Assembly (NCBI GenBank): GCA_002269645.1
Contig: NIVC01001948.1
Coordinates: forward strand, 62,001-126,000
Direction: 5' to 3'
DNA length: 64,000 nucleotides
Source of the DNA: Macrostomum lignano
Lineage: Eukaryota
Made by a program: the position numbers and the translations under genes. Below, one piece after another: positions 13,300-25,200 of the stretch. The number at the start of each line of letters is the position of its first letter. The stretch's first letter is position 1. Under the pieces are notes generated by a model, which ran no database searches, was not told the origin of the DNA, and worked only from the letters and a program-made list of their open reading frames with translations.

Positions 13300-16200
13300 A
13301 TGAGTGCTGAGACAGCTCAACCAGCTGAACGAGATGATCAGCGACGTCAAGGGCGCAAAAAGTCGACCGACGAGAGCACCGCGTCCAAAAGTCGTCGAAC
13401 TTCGATTGAGCCGCCAAAAATCACTCTGACTGGTAGCGGAGCCGGTGGCATTTCCGATGGCTCTCAGCAGCAGCAGCAGATGGGCTCCGCTATCAGCCTA
13501 CGAACTTACCGGTCCAGAGCGTCGAGTTTTGCCACCAGCGATCGACCCGTGGAGTTTCGGCCATTCGACGAGGCCAGCTACCAGCGCATGCTCAGACGCG
13601 AGGAGGACTACAAACGTCGAGTCGAGGAGAGAAAGCGCAACGGAGGCGAGGGCAAACTAGTCGAAGGCGAGATCAAGTTTGACGACGATCCCGAGGCCGA
13701 GGATGACAAGGTCAAGAGGGACAAAGAGCTGACCGAAGGCTGCAACCTGCCTGAACGATTGGGTGAATTTCCCGACGAGCTTCTGGCTCAACCAATTGAA
13801 GAGATCGATCGGCACTTGCACAAACGGGTGAGCGTTGCCGAGCGTTGGGAAGTGTTGGAGAGACGACCTTGCCCGAACAGGTGTTATGAGCCGTAAAATT
13901 ATAAGAGACCAAAGAACCTCGTCATTTGAGAGACTCTTTATTATCTCTGATTGGCTGAAAATCCTTGTCATGGATGCATAGCTGAAGTCTATCCTTTCCC
14001 GTCTCTGATTGGCTATAGCCCCAGCTCGATGCTTAGCCAGAAAATCTTTACCCCTATCCTGTCTCTGATTGGCTATAGCGTTTGATGCTTAGTCAGAAAA
14101 TCTCTACCCTTTCCCACATCTGATTGGCTATAGCCCCAGCTGGATACTCAGCCAGGAAATCTTTACGCTTTCCCGTCTCTGATTGGCTATAGCCTTGGAT
14201 GCTTAGCCAGAAAATCTCTACCCCTTTCCCGTCTCTGATTGGCCGTCAACATAAAATACCAAATGAGGGTTCCGGTAGTTTTATTTATCAATTGAATTGA
14301 TGATTCTCATAGCAAACTCAATTTTTTTTCAGTCATTTGTTGTGATCAACAGGAAAATGGGAAAGCATACCATATTTCGTTTCACGGCCAATTCCGCTTT
14401 TTTCTGCATGGCGCCGTGGAATCCGGTGCGAAAATTATTTGTTCGCATTGTTACTAACCAGATATTTGACTACTTCATCATGCTCACGATTCTGACAAAC
14501 TGCGTATTTCTGGCGCTGGACGAGGAGTACAAAATTGCCGAGTGAGTAGGAGGCTGCAACGGAGGGTAAAAAACGGAAGTGGGAGGCTGCACTGAAGATG
14601 GCGCCAGTACATTATCCTAAAAAATTTCAGGTACATCTTCCTAACGATCTATTCGCTGGAGTGCGTGGCGAAGCTGATGGCGCGCGGTCTGGTGATGGAC
14701 AAGTACACCTACTTGCGTGACCCTTGGAACTGGTTGGACATATTCGTTGTATTAATATCGTAAGTGTTGGACAGAAACTAAAAAATATTTTTTTAAATGC
14801 AACCAAGCTGTAACGAAACACTGGATTCGACTCATATTTCAGCTACATCATGATCATAGTTGAAAACACGACAACGGGTAGCAACGTGAGCGTTGGGCCG
14901 CTGAGAACGTTTCGAGTGTTTCGAGTACTCAAAACTATCTCAATATTTCCGGGTGAGACTGCCTGGGGCAGCTTTGACTTTGGTGGATTTAAACAGATTT
15001 AGATAAATTTAGGTTGGCTTAAGTACATTTAGGTAGATTTAGGTTGACTTAGGTGACTTAGGTAGATTTAGATGGATTTGAGTAGATTTATATAGATTAA
15101 GGCAGATTTAAGTGAACTTGCGTAGATTTAGGTTGACCTATCTAGATTTAGGTTGATTTAGATATCTTTAGGTAAATTTAGTTTGATTTAGGTAAATATA
15201 GGAAGTTTTGGGTAGATTTGGGTAAGAGGTAGATAAAAGTAGAGATAGTAAGATTTAGGTAGATTTTTATATATTTTATATATTTAGGTACATAAAGACA
15301 GATGAAGGTAATTTTAGGTAAATTTAGTTACAGTTAGGTAGATTTAGGTAAGTTTAGTTAGCATTTACGTAGATTGCAGTACTTTAAGTTACATTTAGGA
15401 TCTTTTGGTGGGAAGTAATTTTAAATACACCCAGCTAGTTATTTAGCAATATTAAAATAATAAGCATACTGAAGTTGAAATTCTTGGCTTGAAATGGGTT
15501 AACTGAAACCAGATAAATGACTACCAACCCTGCAGGTCTCCGAACCATCATCAGTGCCCTGCTGCAGTCGTTCAAGATGCTGGCAGAGGTCATTGTGCTC
15601 ACATTCTTTTGCATGGCCGTGTTCTCACTATTCGGTCTGGACGTGTACATGGGCACTTTTCGGAGCAAATGCGTCCAGAAGGTCGATTGGTCCGGTTTCG
15701 ACTTTGCCTCCAGCGATGCCAATCAGCAAGCCTTGGACGCTTATTATAACACCTGGATTAAAGACAGCAGCCACTGGCTCAAGGATGAAGAAGGCAATTT
15801 TCACACGTGCGGCAACAACACGGGGTCTGGGCAGTGCTCAACCTTCAACTCCAGCTACATCTGCCTGCCAGACCTGGGAGACAATCCCAATTGGGGATAC
15901 ACTAGCTATGATCATTTCGGCTGGGCTCTGTTGCAGACTTTTCAGCTAATTACGCTGGACTTTTGGGAGGACCAGTACAATATTGTGAGTGGATCGGGTG
16001 TTCTAAATTGATTTAGGATGACAGACTTCTATAGCCTAAGCTAAAATCTTGTCATCTGTGCCTTAACTAATAACTTATACTTGTACATATACATACAGGT
16101 GTAACTTGTGTCTGACTGGTTAATTACACCTGTGTCTAACTTGTTACACCTGAGTTTAACTGGTTACACCTGTGTATAACTGAATACACCTGTTGTCTAA

Positions 16201-19200
16201 CTTGTTACGCCTGTTATCCAACTGGTTACACCTGTTGTTCAACTGGTTTAGATTTTCCGGTAGAACAGGCGATCATTTTGATAGCACAGGTAATCATTTT
16301 GATAGAACAGGTGATCATTTTGATAGCACAGGTGATCATTTTGATAGCACAGGTAATCATTTTGACAGAACAGGTCATCTCCTTGATAGAACATATATTT
16401 AAATTTACACTTGATACACTGCTACACTACAAAGAGTAGCTGAAGAACACACCCCCCGCATGCACTAAAAAACATAAAACAGGTGGTACGAACCAGCGGC
16501 CCATGGAACGTGATCTTTTTCGTTGTTATCGTATTCATGGGCTCGTTTTACCTGATCAACCTGATGCTTGCCGTGGTCACCATGAGCTATCAGGAGCAGG
16601 CGGCCGCCACAGGAAAGGTATTTTCTAAATTAAAATATGTTTGTTTTAATTGACTTGAAGAATGTGTACATGCAAAACATGGGGCCGTATAGCCCAGTGG
16701 TCTGGCGCGGCGTTCTGATGTGCCAGCGGCCCAGGCTCGATTCCAAGTGCAGTCGCATTAATTTTGGGCTAAATTGGAATCTCGGCTTGGCTCTGCTCGT
16801 GCAATTAACGATGAGGGCCAACTCCTATGGCACAGTGAAGTGTACATGCCTAACGATAAACAAAGTTAGGGCCGATGTACACTCCTGTGGAGTGTGTGCC
16901 AGGGTGCACACAGTCCCTGCCTCTAATAAAATATCAAAGAGAAAACTATTTTCAGTAGTTAGGCTCAAATTACTGCATTTTAAAAATAGAGAACATTAAA
17001 AAAATTAAATAAAAATCCACTTTGCTAAAAGTTAATCGCGAATTTAAAATTCCTCAACTCCCAAATAAAAGTGCATTCAGAAATTGATCACCAAACCGTG
17101 TTTCTCTCCTCTCAACTCCATCGTGTAGAAAAACAAAAAATTCCAAGCGTCAGTTGAACAGCCTGACGTCACCGCCAATGGCGTCGAGAATGGAACGGTA
17201 GGGTGAGAAGGACGCAGAATGGAATTCTGAGAAATTTCTGCGTACACCTACTTTAAGTAGGGTGAAAAGCATTGCAAAAAGATTAAAACACTTGAAAAAT
17301 CCCTCTTCAGGAATCGGAGCAGTTGCTCGTAAGATTGTAAAAAAATTTCAATTTTTAATAGTTTTTTTGAACAGAACAGAAAACTTCAGCAATTTCTTCT
17401 ATTTATTAATCTATCTGTGATTATTACGTTCACTTAATTTATTCATTCAATCGCTTATGTCTTTGAAATAGCTGTTTTTTGGATGCTCGTTTAGACTCAG
17501 CTTTACACAAACTCCAGGTTATAAATATTCAATGAGCCGTTGGATACTAATAGATGTTTGAATATCACAATAATTATAATCTTGTAATTGTTTAATCAAT
17601 TATGCAACTATCCTGTTTGTATTTTATTTACAAGTGCAAGTAGGTTTGCAGCTAAAGTCACCAACTTGAATGGCAGGTTTTTGGGCTATCTTTCTATATA
17701 TGTATATACGAATCACTCTAATATCTATTTAGTGTAAATTGTGCGTCATATTATTGGTCCATTCTTGCCCAAGAATGGATGTGTACTTTTGCTTTTACAC
17801 ATTTTTTACTTACTCATACACACTTGCGACACTACTGACCCATCTACAGTCTGACCCATCTGCAGTGTGACCCAAAACCATACATCTGCAGTCTGACCCA
17901 TCTGCAGTCTGACCCATCTGCAGTCTGACCCATCTGCAGTGTGACCCAAAACCATACATCTGCAGTCTGACCCATCTGCAGTCTGACCCATCTGCAGTCT
18001 GACCCATTTGCAGTCTGACCCATTTGCAGTCTGACCCATCTGCAGTCTGACCCATCTGCAGTCTGACCCATTTGCAGTCTGACCCTTCTGCAGTCTGACC
18101 CATCTGCAATCCGACCCATCCCGAAATCTGACCCAAAACCATACATCTGTAATCTGACTCACAGCGCTAGTAACCCATCAACCGGAGTCTGACCCACAAC
18201 CCCATCACCAACTTTCTCCGTCATGCAACAGGCCGAAGAACGCGAGAAGTCGGAGCGAAAGCAGAAGAAGCGCCAGCAGAAGAAGAACGCGGCTGCAGAA
18301 AAGTCGAAGGAGACAAAGAAAGACGACTTAGGAGAGGCTGACAAAAACGGAAAGAAGAAGAAGAAGAAGAAGAAAGACAAGCAAAAGTCGACAAACAGCG
18401 AAGACGAAGCCACCGATAAAGACAAAAAGGGCAAGTCTTCCAGTGGCAAGCAGGACGACGGTGAGACAGCTACGGAGACCGGCAGCGTGGACACCAAGCA
18501 GCTGATGAAGACAGCAACGGAGGCTGGCGGCAAAGGCAAAGGAGAAAGTGACAGCGGCATGGGAAGCCAGGCGGAAGTGCCAGCGAAAGCTGTGAGTGAA
18601 AGTAGCTCAAATGCAGCTAAATAGTAGTTCAGTGGTAGCTCAGTGGTAGTGCAAACGTATTTTAGTGGTGGCTCAATGGTAGTTCAGTTGTAGTTCAGTA
18701 GTAGCTCAGTGGTAGTGCAAACGTATTTTGGTGGTAGCTCAATGGTAGTTCAGTGGTAGCTCAGTGTCAGTTCTGCGGTAGTTCAGTGGTGTTCAGCGGT
18801 AGCTCGGTGGTAGTTCAGTGGTAGTTCAGCGGTAGTTCAGTGTTAGCTTATAGTGATAGCTAAGTGGATAGCTCTATTAGCCGAATTATGAGCTTTAAAA
18901 GAGACGCTCTTACTTGAAATCTCTGCACTCTGCTCTGCCCTCTCAAGCAGGAGACAACAGCGCCTGGGGCTGAGAATTCCAATGCACCGGACACAGAAAA
19001 TGACATCACCGTGGAATTGCAACTCGACGACAAGGACGACGATGATGAGGATAAACCTGTCATTGTTGTTGCTGGTATGGAAGGTTTTTATGCTCTCGTA
19101 GAGGGAGGTAGAGCAAAGGGGTAGAAAAAAGAGGATAGAGCTAGGGGGTAAAAAAGAGAGTGTAGAGCTAGGGGGTAAAAAGAGAATGTAGAGCTAGGGA

Positions 19201-22200
19201 TAGAGAATAGAAGAGAAGGTAGAGCTAGGGATCGAGAATAGATTAGAGGTAAGGGTGAAGTCAAAAACAAGGAAGAAGTAGATCCTTTCATGTTCGCTGA
19301 GTACTAGAAAGGCATATGTGCTAGCCTCAACGGGGGGCTCAGTGGCTAGTCCACGTATACTAAAATCACACAAATTCAACTCCAGACGATGGCAAGGAGT
19401 ACGTGGACCGGAATTGCCCTTGCTGCGGCACATGCTGTCGAAACTACATTTGCTGGTTAAAATTTCAAAACGGCCTCTTCAAATTCGTTACGGACCCGTT
19501 TTTTGATTTGTTTATCACGTTTTGCATCGTGGCCAATACGGTGTTTATGGCTAGCGAGTATTATCCTATGTCTCCCTCATACTCGAACGCTTTGGACTGG
19601 ATTAACACAGTGAGTTATTTGTTTTATTCATTTGACATATTGCACTAGATATTAACTACAGAGCGCCTTCTGAGGCGTGTATTATGATTTGTATAAGCGC
19701 GCACTATGATTTGCACAAGCTTTCACTATGATTTGTATAAGCGCTCACTATTGTTTGCATTAGTCCGAATTCTTATTTGTTTAAGCGCGCAATTGTATTT
19801 GCACGTCTGTACAAGGCTTTTGTTAAATGCGTGTTTATGCCTGTGCGCTCTTAAAAAACTGCCCAACCTTGACGACTAGATAAAATTTCTGTTTTTAAAT
19901 TGCAGGCTTTCACCATTGTGTTCACCGTGGAAGCCGTCTTGAAAATCTTCGCAATGAGCAGAGAGTACTTTTTGTCCGGTTGGAATATATTCGACTTCGT
20001 AGTAGTTATTGCTAGCCTGATTGACCTCACGGTCCAGGACATTGATGGACTGTCCATATTTCGGTCGTTCCGATTGGTGAGGCGACGACTGGTGTACACT
20101 GCTTAGGGTTCTGTAGCGATGGTCTGTAGGGTGCTGTAGGATGAGCTGTAAGATGTGCTGTAGGGGCGCTGCAGGAGTGTTGTAGGGGTGCTATAGGATT
20201 TGCTCTAGAGGCTCAGTAGGATTTGCTGCTGAGGTGCTGTAGGGGTGCTGTAGGATTTGCTGTACGGGTGCTGTAAGATGTGCTGCAGGAGTGTTGTAGG
20301 ATTGACTTTAAGATGGACTGCAGGGGAGCTGTCGGGTCCTGTAAAAACACTGTATACTGTAGGGAGTGCTACAAAAAGGCTGTAATGATACTGTAAGGTT
20401 CCTGTATGACAGTGCGGAGTGCTGTAAAAGTTTACAGCTAATCTTTTCGACTCTGTTAGCTGTAGTAGTGCTGTAGCGGTTCTGTCAGAGATACTGTAGT
20501 GAGTTTCTGTAAAAATGCTGTTAGATGTGCTGTAGCGGTTCTGTATCGGGGTAATTACAGTGGGCAGTCCTACAATAAGTAACTTAAACAAATCTAGAAT
20601 AAAATCTTACACTATCCTCACCAACAGTTTCGAGTGTTCAGATTGGCTCAGTCGTGGGTGACAATGCGAAAACTGCTGCTGATCATCTTCTCGGCCATTG
20701 GAGCGGTTGGAAACCTGACCTTCATCTTGTTCATCATCATCTTCATATTTGCTGTCATTGGCAAGCAGCTGTTTATGAAAACATACACTGCTGCCGTTTT
20801 CGGCTCCGCCAACGATATTCCGAGGTGGAACTTCGAAGACTTCGGGCACAGCATGCTGATGGTGTTCAGGATTCTGTGCGGCGAGTGGATCGAGGCGCTG
20901 TGGGACTGCATGCGAGCGAATGGGGAGCTGTGTGCTCTGGTGTTCTTCCCATCCCTGATTCTGGGGAATTTCATGGTGGGTTTATTGTCTTCATTTTGGT
21001 GGCAAGTCGCTGTTAGATGAGGTGTCACATGAGTTGTAACCTGTTAGATATGATGTGCTACATGTTAGATATGAGGTAGCAAATGTTAGATACGAGGTGT
21101 CACCTGTTAGATACGAGGTGTCACATGTTAGATATGAGTTGTAACCTGTTAGATATGAGGTATCCCATGTTAGATATGATGTGTTACATGTTAGATAGGA
21201 GGTGTCACATTTATACATGATGTGTCAAATGTTAGATACGAGGTGTCACCTGGTAAATACGAAGTGTCCCCTGTTGGATATGAGTTGTAGCCTGTTAGAT
21301 ATGAGGTATCCCATGTTAGATATGATGTGTTATATGTTAGATAGGAGGTGTCACACGTTAGATATGAGACTTCACATGTTCGCTCGTAGATATGAGATGT
21401 CAAATGTTAGATATGAGGTGTCTCCTGTTAGATGTGAGGTATCACCTGTTAGATATAAGGTGTCACCTGTTATGTATGTACGGCTGATCAATTTACTCTG
21501 AAAACTTACTCATTCTCTCAACCAGGTGCTCAATCTTTTTTTGGCTCTGCTATTGAACTCGTTCAGCAACGACAAGCTCGGCAAAGATGACAGCGACCAG
21601 GATGCATCCAAGCTGTCCCTGGCCTTGGACCGGATCAAACGGTATTGCTGCTGCTGCTGTCCAACGAGAAAGAAGAAAGGCTCAGAAGAAGAAGAGGAGG
21701 CCAAAGCCAAGGAAGGCGATGCGGCGGACGGCAAAGCCGTAGATGCTCCTGCCAAGACGCACGCTGACTTGGACAGCGCCCTCGGCAGCGACAATACACC
21801 GCCAGGCCACAGTGAGGGGAATATTATGATTGATTTCTGTAGGTGTCGGTAGCGCAGGAGGGAATAATATTTAATCACGATAATTGATTACACCTGCCCT
21901 TAATGGCCAGATGTGCAACCGACAGCTCAGCCGCAGCTATTGCGCGGTGCATCTGAGGGCTGCGTACGGCTGTTCAGTCCAAGGATTGGGAGGGGGGTCG
22001 CCACACACACCCTTAATTAACCCATCTACTGCTGGCACCCATTTTACAGCAGGGGTGAACTGAAGCAATGAAGCAATGCAGAATTAAGTGTCTTGCTCAA
22101 GAACCCCCGACCATTCAGTCGTGAGTCCGACGCTCCAACCACTTAGGCTTACAACATCTACCTCGAAGCAGAGGGGAGCCCTACCCTAACTCTACTCCAC

Positions 22201-25200
22201 AAGGGTCAATGTCTACGTCAGAATGGAGTTAGAAATGAAACAAGGAGAAAGTCAGCCGCTGTAAACCCTGAGGCGAGCTTATGCTTGAGTACGTATCCAT
22301 GTGGCAAATGATTGATTGACTTACGAGCAACTCGTCCCCAAACACCAGAGCCTGGACACGAGCACGGCAAGCGTCATCACGGCAAGAAGAAGCACAAGCG
22401 ACACCATCGAAAGCGACACCGCAAAGACAACGGCGCCGACGCCGACGGCGTAATTGTTGACGAGCCAACTGGCGACGAGGACAAAGAGGCCGACAAAGAC
22501 GGAGAAAACGAAGGAGACCAGGACAGCATACTGGTCGACTGTTGCTGTCCGGTGTGCATGAGACCGTGCCAGCCGGGAGCAAAGTGCTCCTTCTGCTCCT
22601 GCTGCTTGTGCCTGGCAGGCACGCCTCACGGCGATCGGTGGACCAAGTTCAGAAGCGGCGCCCTGAAGATCACCTCGCACAAAGTGTTCGAAGGCATTAT
22701 TTTGTGCATCATCTTTGCCAGCTCGATTTGTCTGGTAATGACAAAGACAGGAAGAGGCTAGGGAATATAGAAGAAGAAAGGAGACGAGAAAAGAGGAGAT
22801 CAGGGTGAAGACAGCTGATAAGAGACACAAGCCTTGAGCAGGCCGGATTTCTATTGGGTCAAGTTTCAAAGGACCCGAGGGCTGGATAGAGGGAGGCCAT
22901 GGCCAGTGGCCGTTTTCCGACCCGTCTAATAAGGACGCAAAGGACGGCGACCCCCCCCCCCCCTAGACCCTTTAGACGTTGTAGCAGAACTATGAGACTT
23001 GGATTTTCAGAACTAGTTTGAATACAACGAAAACCCATTGATTCACTCTTCCAGTGCTTCGAAGACATTTACCTGGATGACCAGCCAACACTGAAGACGG
23101 TCCTAGGCTACCTGGACATTGTATTCACCATAATATTCTGCATCGAAATGGTGCTCAAATGGGTCTCTATGGGATTTAAGAAATACTTCACCGAGTTTTG
23201 GAGCATCCTTGACTGTATTATCGTTTGTGTGAGTATGGCAAAGAGGAATTGTCTTCGTAGCAAATATATGAAGTAAAATATGAAAGATATATGTATAGTT
23301 GGATATAATCAATCAATACCGCAGATATCGATTGCTGACTTGATGATCAGCGCCCTGACAACCAATGCTGGCCAGATCAGCGCGCTCAGGGTACTGAGAG
23401 CCTTGCGAGCATTCCGACCGCTGAGGACCGTGAGCCGTTGGGAAGGCATGAAGGTGAGGGCTAACATTAGCAATTAGCAACCCCGGGACAAAGGATAAGA
23501 TCCAGAGTTTTAGAAAGAGCACTGATGCCCAACAAGCAGTCACGCCCGTTCTGCTGACGAACCCTGTAAACAAATAATCACACTGGATGTACAGAGGCTC
23601 CGATTTTCTCTCATGAACACGCCTTAGTAACAAAGACCATACTTTGTAAAACAGGACGCTAAATTCAAAGATTGTGTAAATTTTTGGAGGCCAATTTCTC
23701 CGTAAAAGTACACACACTGCGGAGATAGGAAAATAATCAGTTTTCATCACAAAATCAATGATTGCATTTGATCTGGGGTAAGTGAAGAAATACCATTAAG
23801 CTGTGTAATGAAAGTTTCATTTTCATACTATTTTATTTTTATTTTATTAGCTCAAAGTTGTATGCAATAACTGTATGCATGCATGCAGGTAGCCAGTAGG
23901 AACTAATATGCATTGAAATGGAATTATACCTACAATAATAGCTTCAGCATTTGATTCAAGAAGTATCAAACACAAAATTTAAACAAGCTATAGTGCAAAC
24001 TAGTGAGTAGTTACACCTTTGGGCTTTCTTCCTATTTCCACAGTGTACTTTTCCCGGAAATAGGCCTTCAAAAATTACACGATATTTAAGTTTTAGATCC
24101 TGTAATACAACGGTTGGTCCTTTTGGAAAAGGAGCCAGAAACGCTAACCGCTAAGTTGCACTCTTCCCATCACTCTATGAATTACATGTCTGAAATCTTT
24201 ATAAGTGTTAGACAATCTACATTTAAATAATGTACGCGTAGTTCTTACATTACATTTAACAATCTACTATTACAACAGATCGTGGTCAACTGCCTGGTTA
24301 AAGCTGTACCATCCATCGGCAACGTGCTGCTAGTGTGCATGGTGTTCTGGCTAATATTCAGCATCACTGGAGTGCAATTCTTCAAAGGCAAATTCTACTT
24401 TTGTCAGGACTCAGAAGGCAATCAGTTGGATTATAGCGTCATACAGAACAAAACTCAGTGCGAGAACAACTCAGCGGCTGGTTACTCCTGGACTAATACT
24501 AACATCAACTTTGACAATGTGTTCATTGGCTACATAGCGCTGTTTCAAATTGTAAGTACTATCAGCCTAGACAACTGGCTCCTAGCACTGTATGCATGTA
24601 TATTAGGCTTATTGTGCTAGTGTCGGTGGCTCACAAAATTCTTTATTCAAAAAGATGCAAAGATAGCGTAAATTTTGATACTAAATTATTGTAAGACATG
24701 TCCCTGGAGTCATAAGCTCTGGAGGCTGGTATGAGCCATGAGTCATAAGAGTCGGAGGTTAGTATGAGCCATGAGTCATAAGACTCGGAGGTTGGTATGA
24801 GCCATGAGTCATAAGAGTCGGAGGTTAGTATGAGCCATGAGTCATAAGAGTCGGAGGTTAGTATGAGCCATGAGTCATAAGAGTCGGAGGTTGGTATGAG
24901 CCATGAGTCATAAGAGTCGGAGGTTAGTATGAGCCATGAGTCATAAGAGTCGGAGGTTAGTATGAGCCATGAGTCATAAGACTCGGAGGTTGTCTACTTT
25001 AAGTAATATGTTGATAGCTCGTAGTCGGAAGAATATTTAGCAATAGTCTTAAGTAATTGTATTGAAGGCATTACTATCAATTTTGTATTAGAATAATCTT
25101 GACAACAATTAGTTCATAAACGCCAATCAAGTTGCACCTTCAATACTCAATCCAACGCTCCCCACCCAGGCCACCTTCGAAGGCTGGATGGAGCTGATGA

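Noticed and set aside
16682-16760. Bona fide tRNA gene
   Set aside because: The acceptor and T stems do not close properly, and the head continues into a body shared with a second dispersed copy, so it is a SINE.
18623-18860. tRNA A-box-like GCTCAGTGGTAG
   Set aside because: Part of a 10-bp tandem repeat with no B-box or cloverleaf.
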